A stretch of DNA of 64,000 bases, taken from NCBI GenBank assembly GCA_017654855.1, contig CM030332.1, forward strand, positions 3,844,001 to 3,908,000, read 5' to 3'. The notes beneath the pieces were generated by a model. That model had not been told where the DNA came from, searched no databases, and saw nothing but the letters and a program-made list of their open reading frames with translations. A program made the position numbers and the translations under genes. Below are positions 51,360-64,000 of the stretch, piece after piece; the stretch's first letter is position 1, and each line of letters starts with the position of its first letter. Origin of the DNA: Podospora anserina. Its lineage: Eukaryota.

Positions 51360-53840
51360 TCACGGTAACCTCAACTCCTCCCTCCCCTCCACCTCAACAC
51401 TATACTCCTTATACCCCCACAAATACCTCACCCTCAACACCTTCCCTTGCTGCCCCGCCATCGGGTTCGGATCCCAAAACCCAAGCAACTTCCCCTTCTT
51501 CACCCCCCTCGGAATATGCAACCGTCCCCAATCATCCACCAACGCCGCCAGCGCAATCGTCACATCCGCCACCTCCTCCGGCGGCGCATTCCTAACCCCG
51601 TACTTCGCCGACAAAATCACCAACCCCCCCTTTTGTCGTTCTTCCCTCTGCCTCCCCTCCGCTCCCGTGGCCAGAATAACAGTCAGCTCATCCGCCTCGG
51701 TCCTCCTCTTATTAATATACTGCCTCAGCGCCGCAGGATTGATCCCCGGCCCCCTCGCCTTCGCCACCGCCCTCCTCTGCCTCTGTCTCTGCTTATAAAG
51801 CTCACACGCCGCCAAAGCAGCAAACGGAAACACGGTACTCCAAAACAGGACCTTCATCCCCAGCTTCGACCTCCCCGCCCCGCTCGCCATGAGAAAAGGC
51901 AGCGAGAACCTCTGCCCGAGCCTGGACCAGTAGAGCGAAAGATGAAGATTGAACGGCGACAGCCCGACCTCCAACCCTGCTTTGCTGAACCGACCAAACG
52001 ACTTTAGCGCTCGGAACGCGAGGTAAAAGTCCTTTTGGACGGTGCCCGCTAGCTCGACCTCCCCGCGGATGCCGCCCTTTGCTCTGCCGGGGAGGTAAGA
52101 GGAAAAAAAATCCCTGCCGTAGCGGAGGTAGGCTGCTATGTTCCCCGGGGTGAAGCCGGTGGAAATTGTCCAGCTGCCGGGTTTGTTCTCGTCGAGGTCG
52201 GCGTCGAGGACGGAGAGGCCGCGGGCCGAGGGTCTGGTGAGGGATTTGCCTTGGTGGATTCCGAGGTCGGGCTGGGCGAAGGAGTAGCCTACTTCTAGGG
52301 TTGGGGGGTTGGTGAAGGAGGCTAGCGAGCGGGAGCCAAAGGTCCGGGAGAAGTGCGTCATGTCGGCGCATTCTTTTGGCCGTGACGATGCGAGGTTGAG
52401 GAGGGAGAAGTCGCCCGAGTCGGCGATGAGGAAGGCGGTTCCGTTCGAGTCTGCGCCGACTCGCTTGTGGGCGGCGAGGCCAAAGTTGGTGATGTTGTGG
52501 GACCAGATTTTGGAGGCGAAGAGCTCCACGTTGATGGGGGCTGTTGGGTCGTGGAGGAGGGGGATGGTGTGGCCTACTCGGAGGGAGGTTGTGGGGTGAG
52601 GGAGGGGGGATACGTCTGTCTCGAGGATGAGGTCAGGGATTTGAGGGTGCTGGGGGGTCCTCGGGTCGCGCCAGGCCATCTCTTGGCGGAAGGAGAGGTT
52701 CAAGGCTGGCAGGAAACGGGAGGATAGAAGCTGGTCAAGACGGCGGCGGCTGTGAATGGATGGGCCTGGGGGCTGGTAGTGGTCCAGAACCAATGGGGCG
52801 AGTCTGATAGGGTCATCGAGGAGACCGTGGACTGAGCCGGTGATGGTGAGGGTTGGGTCAGTGAACCGGATGGGAGGCTTGGTTGATGCCTTCTTTTGCT
52901 GCTGCTGCTCCGGAAGAGGTGCCTTCTTTTCTCCCTCTTCTGAATCTTCAAAGAAGTCTTTCAAGACCTTCACAAGAGTTACTGAGGCTTCCTCGAATGG
53001 CTCTTTGAATCCTGGCAAGGCCACGGTGGCAGACTTTTGCAGCGAGAAATCCAGCACTTCCACTCCAGGGTTTCCACGCTTCGCAAGTTCCTCAGAAGAC
53101 GCAAGTAGAGGCGAAGCATTCACCCTGAATCCCAAGTCTGTAGTCGCCCGGGCATCCCGGCGAGTGAGGAGGATATACTGATCTTGGATCTTGCTCTCAT
53201 AAGTGGTCTGCTTCTCTGCACCAAGAAGGGCAACATCAAGCTCGGCCTCGTCATCCTCCGAGTCATACCCCTCGATGGTCGACAAGTCGTAACCAATTCT
53301 TCGTGATGGGTCGGCCAAGACTTCATAAGCCGCTTGAACCATCCCCAGATAGAAACCTGCCGGGCTCTGCAAAGGTCCTGACTGCCTCTCCACAGCAAGC
53401 ACTTGAACGAGGCGGTTATAGGCAGCCTGAACCTCCTCTCGCCTTAGTGCCGGCCCCTTCTTGGGAAGACACATAAGCTCATAGTAGCTTCTGTCCAGAG
53501 GGCCGTCTGCGAATAGCTTCCTGATGACCTCTCGCTCGGCGGCAACCTTTTCATCATCATCCTGGTCCTCTCCGCCCAAGTGCTCAGACGCCAGGGTCGA
53601 ACCCACAAAGGAGGAAGCGTCGTCAAAATCAAACTCTAGCACGCTCCTGGTTGCTGCAAAGTGTTCACGAAGGGAATAGCGATCTGTTTCAGCAGCAGGT
53701 GGGCGCAGCGACTGGCGATCAGCCTCGGCTGGACGTGCCGCCCTCTGGGAGCCATGGTTAGCCGGGGCTCTGGATCGCTGGGAGCGGATAGAACGCGTGT
53801 CCTCGTAGGTGGAGGGAGGTCTATTCGTCCTTCGCGACAT
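51360..53840 (-). CDS. DNAJC11-like protein (degenerate J domain, C-terminal DUF3395-like domain), intronless
   Basis: J-like region YYELM...QAAYEVLADPSRRIGYD. C-terminus GGLVILSAKYG...DVTIALAALV...LLGFWDPNP...KVLRVRYLW. Confidence 0.8.
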   Translation of the reverse strand: MSRRTNRPPSTYEDTRSIRSQRSRAPANHGSQRAARPAEADRQSLRPPAAETDRYSLREHFAATRSVLEFDFDDASSFVGSTLASEHLGGEDQDDDEKVAAEREVIRKLFADGPLDRSYYELMCLPKKGPALRREEVQAAYNRLVQVLAVERQSGPLQSPAGFYLGMVQAAYEVLADPSRRIGYDLSTIEGYDSEDDEAELDVALLGAEKQTTYESKIQDQYILLTRRDARATTDLGFRVNASPLLASSEELAKRGNPGVEVLDFSLQKSATVALPGFKEPFEEASVTLVKVLKDFFEDSEEGEKKAPLPEQQQQKKASTKPPIRFTDPTLTITGSVHGLLDDPIRLAPLVLDHYQPPGPSIHSRRRLDQLLSSRFLPALNLSFRQEMAWRDPRTPQHPQIPDLILETDVSPLPHPTTSLRVGHTIPLLHDPTAPINVELFASKIWSHNITNFGLAAHKRVGADSNGTAFLIADSGDFSLLNLASSRPKECADMTHFSRTFGSRSLASFTNPPTLEVGYSFAQPDLGIHQGKSLTRPSARGLSVLDADLDENKPGSWTISTGFTPGNIAAYLRYGRDFFSSYLPGRAKGGIRGEVELAGTVQKDFYLAFRALKSFGRFSKAGLEVGLSPFNLHLSLYWSRLGQRFSLPFLMASGAGRSKLGMKVLFWSTVFPFAALAACELYKQRQRQRRAVAKARGPGINPAALRQYINKRRTEADELTVILATGAEGRQREERQKGGLVILSAKYGVRNAPPEEVADVTIALAALVDDWGRLHIPRGVKKGKLLGFWDPNPMAGQQGKVLRVRYLWGYKEYSVEVEGREELRLP

Positions 53841-54755
53841 GATGTTAGAGCCGAGAGTGACGACGCCGAGAAGAAACCAAAAGAGGCGTGTTGAAAGAAG
53901 ACAAAAAGAATGGTTCGAGAATATCCCTTGATAGAGAATCGGGTTAGCTATCGCGGGGCTCAATGCAGGACGATGAGTGGTTCACCGCCGCCTGATGGGT
54001 AGCGGATAGGTGCCGAGCCTTCTGATGCGACATGGCGACAGGGGGGCTCGGCTGCTAGCTCGTTTGAGGAACTACAATAAAAGAAGCCGACGTGCCACAT
54101 GCCAGTCAGGTATTCAAGAATCAAGATAGAGAGCAGCTTTTTCATTACGAGATATATCGGGGACATATTTCCAGCTGCCCAGAAGTGCTAAAGAAACGGA
54201 CGCGTAAGGTTCACTCCCGGCGGGCACCTGTAGTTGGCCAGTTCTCACAGGACCAAGATGCTAACAGTTGTTAAAAATGGCAAGATGGAGAATAGGGCTT
54301 AAACTGCGCCTCAACCGGACGCCTTTCCACCTGGAAGGGAGACACCAGAGGAGACACTATACAGGATACAAGTAGCACACAACTCGGTGCAGATCTCACA
54401 TTTTGAAGTTGTACAACAGAGAGACGGGGAAGAAAAAGAAAAAAAGGACCTGACCTGAAAGCGGCAGGCAACTGGAAGGCAAGGCAAGGTCACCGCGATA
54501 AGCACCCTTATCGGCTGCAAGCAACTGGACTGGTCTGGGTGGGTTGCCAGGCAAGGCATCCCTGCAAAGCTACGCTAAACGGCAAGCGCAGCGAAACGCG
54601 CGCCTGGTCAAAGGACTCTTCTCAAAAAGATGCTGGCCGTGTGCCCCTCACTCTGTCTGCTGACATTGGGCGCTCTCTCGCCCACACCACCGCCAATTTA
54701 CAACATCGATCCCGCACCGCCAGCGACCGCGCAAACGAGCGCACCCGTCTCCAGA

Positions 54756-55955
54756 ATGGCCAGAGTCTATGCCGATGTCAACCAGAACATGCCCAGGAGC
54801 TACTGGGACTATGATTCTGTCAATATCAGCTGGGGCGCTCTCGAAAACTACGAAGTTGTTCGCAAGATCGGTCAGTCATTTTAACCCTCCTTCCAAACAA
54901 CGATTCGCTGACCCCCCACACTCCCCCCTCCCCAGGCCGCGGCAAGTACTCGGAGGTCTTCGAGGGAATAAACGTCGTCAACTATCAAAAATGCGTCATC
55001 AAGGTGCTCAAGCCCGTAAAAAAGAAGAAGATCAAGCGCGAGATCAAGATCCTGCAGAACCTGGCAGGCGGCCCCAACATCGTCGCCCTGCTCGACGTGG
55101 TTAGGGACTCGCAGAGCAAAACCCCATCGCTCATCTTCGAGTTTGTCAACAACACCGACTTCCGAACCCTCTACCCCAAGTTTGTCGACATCGACGTCCG
55201 CTACTACATTTACGAGCTCCTCAAGGCCCTCGACTACTGCCACAGCAAGGGCATCATGCACCGCGACGTGAAGCCTCATAACGTTATGATCGATCATGAG
55301 AACAGAAAGGCACGACCACCATCAATCAAAACACCTCTGGCTCTCTCTCTAACCTGACCACTACTGACACTCTCTCAATAGTTGCGCCTCATCGATTGGG
55401 GTCTCGCCGAATTCTACCACCCCGGCACCGAGTACAACGTGCGCGTTGCCTCGCGCTACTTCAAGGGTCCCGAGCTTCTCGTCGACTACCAGGAATACGA
55501 TTACAGCCTGGACATGTGGAGCCTGGGCGCCATGTTCGCCTCCATGATCTTCCGCAAGGAGCCGTTTTTCCACGGCCAGAGCAACGCCGATCAGCTCGTC
55601 AAGATCGCCAAGGTGCTCGGCACCGACGACCTGTTTGACTACTTAGACAAGTACGAGATCGAGCTGGACACACAGTACGATGACATTCTGGGCCGTTTCC
55701 AAAAGAAGCCCTGGCACAGCTTTGTCAATGCAGATAATCAACGATTCGTCTCGAATGAGGCGATTGATTTCCTCGACAAGCTGCTTCGATACGACCATGC
55801 GGTAGGTTTTTGTTTACCGTGATGAGATGTCATCCGATGCTAATGGTAAAATAAAGGAACGTCTCACCGCCAAGGAAGCCATGGCCCACCCCTACTTTGC
55901 GCCAATTCGCGATGAGGGCATCCTCCAGCGCTATCTCGCCGGCGAAGCAATCTAG
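54756..55955 (+). CDS. cka: Casein kinase II catalytic alpha subunit; introns ~54871-54934, 55310-55381 (GC-AG), 55802-55856
   Basis: [55 protein letters not shown]. Confidence 0.97.
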
Positions 55956-56713
55956 TTGATACGTAAGGACGATCCGGTCAGAAAATTTTGGTCACCTGCC
56001 ATCCCGGACGCGGATGACTCGTGGGCTTGCTGAGGAGTGGAAAGCGGCTGGAAGGAAGGCAGGACATCCTCCCCAAGTAGCAGCCAAGCGCAGAGAGGAA
56101 ATTTGATTTTGATACCAGGGCTGCTGCTGCTGGAGTCGAGACCGGGGGAGGCGGACATGCCGAGGTTGGGGGGAGGGGGGGAAAGTAACTGTGGGTGGGT
56201 GTGAGGAGATGGGAGATTGAGGAGAATGAAGAGAGAGAGAGAGAAAGAAACACAACTTGAATAAAGTAGTTAGTGAAATATCGTTTGGTGCGATTAGAAA
56301 TGGCAAGGAGTATGGGATTCGTGGTTTTTTTTTTTTTTGATTTGGGGGTGTGGTAATTCTTTCCTCTATATGTGAGGCGAGGGAGTGTGGAGGAAGGATA
56401 GGGTAGGGTAGCGAATGGATGTGTTGGTTTATTTCAGGGGCTGTTGACACTCCTGAGCTGTGTCATGTTGCATTTATGACAAGGTATATTTACCACCCTG
56501 AACTACCTATCAGGTTTGTCTCTCTGTCTGTCCTTTGAATACCAGCCCTAAATCACAGCACAACCTGGTTCTACAAGTCTGGAAGGGCCAGGCTTGTGGC
56601 CGAGTCGGGACCAAGGAATATGCAAAGACGCTGTGGTAAAAGAGTTATGAGCTCATGGAAGATGTGAAGTAAGTTTATAACTGGACTGTGGGGTGAGTCG
56701 TGGGATGGTAATT

Positions 56714-56853
56714 AGCTGTGAGATATCAGCTGTGAGATATCAGCTGTGAGATATCAGCTGTGAGATATCAGCTGTGAAATATCAGCTGTGAAATATCAAC
56801 TCTGAAATATCGGCTTTGAAATTTTGGCTGCGAAAAGATAGCTGTGAAATAAT
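56714..56853 (+). repeat. 14-bp minisatellite AGCTGTGA(G/A)ATATC, ~10 units, degenerating rightwards
   Basis: 4 perfect AGCTGTGAGATATC, 2 AGCTGTGAAATATC, then diverged units. TGTGA remnants continue to ~57300. Confidence 0.9.
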
Positions 56854-57531
56854 TACTGGGAAAAGTGAGTGGTGGATTGAGAGGTGTGAAAAAAAGGGTT
56901 ATGAAAAAGCTGCTGAAAAATTACTAGGGAAAAAGTAATTGTGAAAGACTACGGTGGAAAGAGCAGTAATAAAGAACCATCATAAAAGATTGCTATAAAG
57001 AATTGATGTGAGATAGTGGCTACCTGTAGCTGTACATATGAAGTGTTGAATGGAACCGAGAGCCGAATGCTGTGAAGTGATTCCTGTGGGAAGGTAGTTG
57101 AACACCATGTGTGGTGACAGTATCTACTACGACTGTGTGAAAAGGGACGGGTTGAAATAATTATTGCTTCCAAACAAGAGGTGTTGATGGTTGCAAAATA
57201 GAGCAGTGAACTATTAACTGTGAATCAAGAGGGTGTGAATTGAAAGCTGCGAAATAAATGGCTGTGAAGTAAGAGGTGTGAGAGAATAGCTGTCAAGTAA
57301 GCAGCTGGAATGGATAGAATGAGAGCCCAGGAGATAAAACAAGACTTGCGAAATTACAAAACCGCAAGCAGACTATCCCTCTGATTCTCCAATCCGTAAT
57401 GCTGTATCCAGCCCATAGCCAGCTGTAGGGTAGGCAAAGTCACTTTCTCTCATAGTTCAGATCAATCTAGACCATCACCTATGTTCGCTCATCAACACTT
57501 ATCTCTCCACACCCCTCTCAATATCGCACCA

Positions 57532-60057
57532 TTACGCCTCAATCCCCCTCGCAGCATTCAAAATCCTACTCTCAATAATATCAACCCACCTCTCCGCATT
57601 CGTCCAATCCTCCTGATCAATACTCTCCATCAAACCCGGGAACACCGCCCCGGAGTACCCCGTCCACAATCCCGGAGCAAACACCACGTGTTTGAACCAC
57701 GGCCTGTTGTCCAGCCCTTCCTCATACAAGAAGCTACGCTCGAGGTACTTATACTTGGTGTTGGCCTTGCGAACCGCGCAATGATGGCGGATCTTACGAG
57801 GCAGATCCCACCAGGGGATTTCGTCGTTTTCTGAGATGTGTCGAAGCTCATCGGCTAGGAGATCAAGATGGTAGGCGTGGTAGGTGAGGGTTTGAAGGGC
57901 TTCATGGAGGCGAGTAAGGGATTTGCGGAAGGTTTTGGGGGTGTGTTTGGATGTGGTGGAAACAGAAACAGGGGAGGAAATGTTGCGGGTGGAGGAGCGA
58001 AGTTCAAACATTTCTTCGTCGGTTACGCTTGCCGAAAGGACTTCGGCTGGGGGGATGAAGTAGGCGTCCAGCTTGTCTTCGACCTTGTGGACGTATTCGG
58101 CCAGAGCCTTGGCGTAGTCCTCAGCACCAAAGGGGATGACAGGGAGGTTGGCGATTTCCGCTACTAGAATACCAAGAACCTGGGCCATGGTTCTGTGGTA
58201 AAGAAAGTCAGGATCCCCAAACTTTTGCATCCAGTGGAAGCTGTCGTAGTTGGAGTGATAATGGTACACAGGGCTGTCGCGGTCATTGTCGAACCCAATG
58301 TCGATGGAGGGAATGCCAGCAAAGTCTTGGAAGGCAGTGAAGTCGCTGCCACTTCCCATTGTTTTGATTTTCTTGTCCCAGAGATCATACACGGTCTGGC
58401 CGGGGCGTGTTTGGTTGGCTGATCCAACAAGGGAAGTGGCTGTATAGATAACCTTGTTGAGGATAGGAGAGGCCGCGACGGCGAGGCGCTTGCCTCTCAC
58501 GCCGACATCGGTGTTCTGTCGAGGGTTAGCATTGGTACAACACAGAACACAACGAACTGATCAGCATACCACATAGGCGACACTCGCGTGCTTGAGCCAG
58601 GGGAGGTATTCCTCCACCCACTCCGTTGAGCCAACCAAACCATACTCCTCACCGTCCCAGCTAGCAAAGACAACAGTCCGGCGAGGTTTCCAGCCACGCT
58701 TGAGTGCTTCTCCAAAAGCACGCATGGCCTCGTTCAAGACTGCCGATCCACTGTTCGGATCGCCGGCGCCTCCTGCAACCCAAGCATCACGATGATTTCC
58801 AACAACAACAACCTCATCGGGAATGGTACCATTAATCACACCAATGACATTCCAGATCGGGGTGTACACGTATTCTTGCTCGTTGTAGAGGTTTACAACG
58901 ACGTCATCTGGAGTAGGTCCGATGTTGTACTCCACGCCCTTGTACCCTAGGCCGGTGTTACGTGTCCACCACTGGTTGAAGTCCTTCGCTTTCGGGCCAT
59001 GACCGTTGAGGGCCTTGAGAATGGGAAGGGCATCGGCGTAAGAGATCGGGAGGGACGGAATGCTGGGGATGGCTGTTTCGACCGGTCTGCGAGGAGCCTC
59101 TGGCTTTGACGGATACCCAGGCGTAGTTGGATCACCCGGGGCGACACTGAGAAACTGGGTGCTGCCTCGTTGAACACTGCTGGGTTGGCGTGCCGGTCCT
59201 TCAGGGTATGTAGGAACCCCTTTTTCGTCGGTGACTTCTCCATCATCCCCAGGATCGCTGTACAAAATAACGCCAATCATTCCGAGCTCCTGGGCACGCT
59301 TGACCTTGAGCCCTCTGAAAATTCCACCATAACGGGCAATGGCAATCTTTCCCTTGAGTGTGATGTTGGCAGCAAGAAGGTCCTCGAAATCTTGGTATGT
59401 GCCGTAGTTGACATAGACGACTGGTGCAGTGACGTTTCCCGAAGCAGAGTATCCGTGAAAGGTTGGCACACTGTTGGCAAGCCCACTAGTGGGATCCTCC
59501 TCGATAACATCCTCAACCAGCGAGGCTTCGTACGTCACTTCGTATTCCTTTTCTCCATCCTGTTCCTTCTTCTCCTTTCCCTTCAAAAGGGCGAGTCTGT
59601 GGTCGAGAGGGTAGTTGATGTAGACAACATACTCGTTGATCTCAGACTTGATGCCCCACTCTTCCCACTTTTGTTTGGTCGACAGAGCCTGCGAATAGTT
59701 TTTACCGGCGAGGTGAGGTCCTGAGGTGTAATAGCGGCTCCATTGCATGGCGCTTTCGCTACTGGGAACGTCGCGAAGGATTTGCCTCAACTCGTCCTGG
59801 TCGACCTGGTTGCGTCCAGGCCAGGTTTGTCCATCCTGTCCATCCCGCCCCGAGATATACCAGTTACCGGACAAGATGGATCCCAAAGGCGCTATGAGAG
59901 TCCATATGAGGGTTGAGGCGAGGGCTATAGTGCAGAAACGGCGAAGCACCGAGCGAGGCTGAGGCCGTGGGCGTGGCGGTACGTAGATATAATTATCGGG
60001 AAATGGATGGACACTTTGTGTCTTGTTCATCTTGAGCGGCTCGTTTTCGGACGCCAT
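57532..60057 (-). CDS. Glutamate carboxypeptidase II-like M28 peptidase (PA and TfR dimer domains; Vps70/Tre-like); intron 58516-58569
   Basis: N-terminal TM, GNHRDAW..GAGDPNSG, SWDGEEYG, GSGSDFTAF, YHYHSNYD, WFKHVVFAPG. Confidence 0.93.
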
Positions 60058-61654
60058 GATGGTAGTTCTGTTTTCATGATGAGACTTGATCTATGAGAAA
60101 GGCTGACATTTGGCAGTCACTTACAAGTCAACTTAACGCCAAGACAGCAGATGCATCTCACCGACAGATATCGAGTATCGAGTGGTAAACAAAGAGATGG
60201 AAGCAGACGTTGAATTAAGCACTGATGAGCAAACCCTGTGGCGAGCTCTGATCGCGTATCTCATCCCAGCTGTGAATGGTGGCTGATCAATCACTCAATG
60301 CTGTCGAGGCAGTCGTTGACGCAACCACGGGAGCTGCCGGTGTGATTGTAGTATACAGTGTAGAACGACTTTCGCAGACTGTGCCTAGACTTGGTGGGTC
60401 TGGGGGACCCCCGCTTCCGAACGGCTCGCTAATTTTCCGTGTTCAACATCGACGTTCAAGTTGACTTCTTCTTCTCACTGACGCTTAATAGGCACTTGCT
60501 CGGTTCCTGTAGCGCTGTATAAGGACCGCTGTATGTCCCCTCAAGAGGTCTCAAGCAATTTTCTGGCTGCCATCTCATGTGTTGTCTCTCATCCCCGCCT
60601 CTCACGAAAACATCTTCCAACATCAAGAAACTTCTGCGGTTAGCGGCGGAAGGCGCACTGAAGGTTCCCCGGTTGCACTGCGGCCGCCCCCCATGCAGTG
60701 AGCTGGTTCGGTGTGGGAGATGTCAAAAAACGCCCTGTTTCTGTCTCGACGGTGTGTTACCCCTCTTTACTTTTATGTCCGCTGACCTTTGGCACCAACC
60801 TGTCTCACCGGGGCATCAATTGAATGATATCTCTGGTTCGGTACCTACGCAGTAAGGTACTCTGTTGTAAGTGCCATCTTCTTGAGTTCGTCTTGAATGA
60901 CGAAGGTGGAACCGTCAGTGGCGAATGAGGGTTCATCCCAGCCCGTCCGATCACGGAGTGGGGCGTCGACCGGTGCCGTTCCGGCCATCCTCTCAGTGCT
61001 CTTTTTCCAGCGGCCTTTGACACCGTAAAATGCCCATGCCACCATCTTTTTTCCGCCTTCTGCAGGTCATTGATATCCGTTGCTGCAGAACGTGATCCTC
61101 CTGCCTAAAGCACGCCCTGCAGAATGCCACCCTAGACCTCCTAACCTCCTCGTCTCGAACAGCCAACGGCCTCTCTTCCTACCATCTGGGCCGAACTCAC
61201 ACTCGCCGGCCATCCGACTCAACCAGCCTCTCCCCGGCCGCCGGTTTACTGATCTAGGACTAGTCATCTGCCCGGATCCGCTCCCGCTTCGAAACTGTGT
61301 TTGTCAGCCTTCCCACCCTTGCCTCAGTTCTCGGATAAGGCAAATCAAGGCCTGCAGAGTCACTCGCCGTCTCTTCCTCTCATACATAAAACTATTTTGT
61401 GCCCCCCCCCCCCTGCCTTCTGCAGTCTTTCCCCCATTTGTTTTGTTCCTTTCTCGGGACTTTTTGTATACCAATTCCTCTCATTTGGAGAGCATAGACT
61501 TAGTTTCAAGAGAGTCTTATTTTGCCTCCCGATCCGTGGCATACGTCTTACACACATCAGTGGAGCCAACTGTGACATCTCGAGGCCACTGCCTCTCAGA
61601 AACTCAGAACTCAACTCCGTCGTTCTTCTGATCTACTAGGCATAATCGTACACC

Positions 61655-63746
61655 ATGACTAGTCATAAGAATGATGGGCCAAAGCTGCCTGTGCAGCAGC
61701 TGGCCATTCTCGGTAAGTCACTTGCCCTTCTAGATCTTTACATGTCGTTCACCGGCCTAGAGTAGTGGAGCAAGAGGGCCCGTTGCCCAATAATACCCTC
61801 CGAGTCAGCTAGGCTTGGCAGACATCAACAACTGCTGCTTGACGATCACTGTTCATCTCATAGCCGGGTACCGCTTCCGCTCTCTTCATAGTATGCTGAC
61901 ATTCATCATATAGCCATTGCCAGGTTCGCCGAGCCCCTTGCACTCACCTCAGTCTTCCCCTATCTTCCAGAGATGATCGCCAGCTTTGGGGTAGAGAAGA
62001 ATGAGGTTGCAAGATGGGCAGGTCTTACCGGTGCCATATTCTCTATAAGCCAGAGCTGTACGGCTGTGGCATGGGGACGGGCGTCAGATAAATTTGGAAG
62101 GAAACCCATCATCCTGATAGGGTTGCTCAGCACGATGATTTGCTTTCTTGTCTGGGGTATGTCGACAAGCTTGCCCATGGCCATCACCGCAAGAGCTATC
62201 ATGGGAAGCGGCAACGGCAATGGTAAGTACCTACACCCAATTCTGTGTTTTCTGTCACACCACTAACAACGTCACCAGTTGGCATCATCAGAACCATGGT
62301 AGCCGAAATGGTGCCGGAAAGAGTTCTTCAGCCCAAAGCCTTCTCGCTCATGCCCCTTGTGTGGTCAATAGGCTCTGTCTTTGGGCCTGCCTTTGGTGGC
62401 TTCTTTGCTCAACCTGCCAAGCAGTTTCCCGACGTTTTTGGAAACATTGAGTTCTTCAAGACTTACCCCTTTGCTTTGCCAAATATCATGGCATGCTGTG
62501 TGTTTTTCATTTCTTTCATGACCGGGTTGTTGTTCCTCAAGGTTCGTCTCATTGCCCCTTTCAAATCACCACATAGACTAACAGCCACAAAAGGAAACAC
62601 TCGAAAGCAAACGCAACAAACGCGACTGGGGCCTCGAGCTCGGCGAGAAACTAACTCGTCCCTTCCACCGCTCCAAGCGTACCAAGAATCTCAGGAGGCG
62701 CTCCTTTGTTGACAGCGAGGCATCTGCCCCTCTGCTTGCCCAGTCCGCCATGTCAAGCAGCTCTTCGCACTTGGAATCCAAGCACTCCGATCCAGTATCG
62801 ATGAAGGACATTTTCGCCCCTCAGACGTCGATAAACCTCATCTGCTACACCTTCTTGGCTCTTCACTCAGTAGCGTACGACCAAGTCCTGCCTGTGTTCC
62901 TCAACTACCCCCGTGTGATCCCTGACGAGCACAACACCTCCCTCCCGTTCAAGTTCACCGGTGGCTTCGGCCTCAGCTCGGACAAAATCGGCACAATCTA
63001 CACGGTCTATGGCATCTCCTGTGGAGTGATTCAGTTTTTCCTGTTTCCCAAGCTGTGTGCCAAGTTTGGTGTGCTGGGAATCTACCGCTTTGCCAGTAAG
63101 CACCCTATTATTTCTCCCTTCCCTAGTCCTTTCGTAGTTACTGACTTCTTGCATAGCCGTCGTATTCCCTATAATATACTTCTTGACGCCCTACACAGTT
63201 CTCGTCCAGGATACCACCGCTCGGTACATCTTCTTCTTGACCATCATGCTGGTCAAAGGATTTGTCGTTATTGTCGCCTTCCCTTGCACCACCATCCTCC
63301 TGACCAACTCTGCTACCTCCCTCCGGATCCTTGGGACCTTGAACGGAGTAGCGACGACCTTTTCCGGACTAGGGAGAGCTGCGGGGCCCGCCGCTGCCGG
63401 TGCGGTCTTCAGCTGGGGCGTGCAGAGAGGATACATGATTGCAGCGTGGTGGTTCCTGGGGTTAATCGCCTTGATGGGGACGATCCCGCCTTGGTTTATT
63501 ATCGAAGGTGATGGCCCTACCGCTTCCTCGACAGCCACATCAACTTCCACCTCTGACGGGGAAGAAGAGAGCCTGCTCCAGCGTGACGACGACGACGATA
63601 GCAGCGTTGACGGGTACGACGAAGTAGCTGTTTTAGAAGCATTGGAGGGCGAGGAGTCAGAATCGGAGACTGAGCCCGGGAAGGAAAGGAAAAAGAGGAC
63701 AACGAACGGGAGTTATGGAACAATGAATAATGGGACAGCGAGTTGA
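61655..63746 (+). CDS. MFS transporter (ZIFL/YCR023C-like), 5 exons
   Basis: MTSHKNDGPKLPVQQLAIL-AIARFAEPLALTSVFPYL, motif A WGRASDKFGRKP, GTLNGVA..GRAAGP. Confidence 0.92.
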
Positions 63747-64000
63747 ATGAAATATCATGATGGATGAAGAGACGGGAAAAGAAACGATAGAGCATACGAA
63801 GGAAAGAAGGTCATGACTGAACGGGTGTGTGTTTCTTTTGGCTGATGATACCAGATTTCTTTTTTTCTTTCGGCATATCCATCAAGCATATGACATATCA
63901 CCTGGGCGGTGTTTTGGGGATAAGGAGTTTAAAAAGTTTTGCTGTTTTGGTTGTTTGAATAGAAGGAATGAATTGTCTTTTCACCATAACTCATCCTGGT

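Noticed and set aside
54630-54755. N-terminal extension of CK2 alpha from ATG 54630
   Set aside because: It probably lies in a 5'UTR intron (CTGAC...CAG), and the conserved start is MARVYADV.
56714-56853. CRISPR-like array
   Set aside because: Head-to-tail units with no unique spacers, eukaryotic context, and no cas genes.

Overview
Gene-dense, intron-containing DNA from a filamentous ascomycete (Sordariales; Podospora-like by gene structure and composition, which is inference). It holds about 22 mostly housekeeping genes: UCH (partial), con-8-like, KH RNA-binding protein, CENP-K-like, dUTPase, pyridoxal kinase, PCNA, vezatin-like, EMC6, IQGAP, IMPDH, saccharopine dehydrogenase, Zn2Cys6 TF, AAA ATPase, Atg6, Vti1, urease, HMG protein, Het-C/TinC-like, GH45, DNAJC11-like, CK2 alpha, M28 peptidase and an MFS transporter. 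No transposon, CRISPR, tRNA or rRNA was recognised. The best hidden signal is a dual-guide box C/D snoRNA with non-canonical, compensatory boxes inside the IMPDH intron. Other notable signals: a -1 frameshift in a G7 run that uncouples the Het-C domain from its Gly/Tyr repeat tail, three in-frame dUTPase start codons suggesting mitochondrial, nuclear and core isoforms, two obligatory GC-AG introns, a structured pyridoxal-kinase intron with an anti-donor sequence, a recurrent 3'UTR motif TGATACC, a polarised 14-bp minisatellite, and repeated C-rich to G-rich skew domains. All exon models were built by eye.
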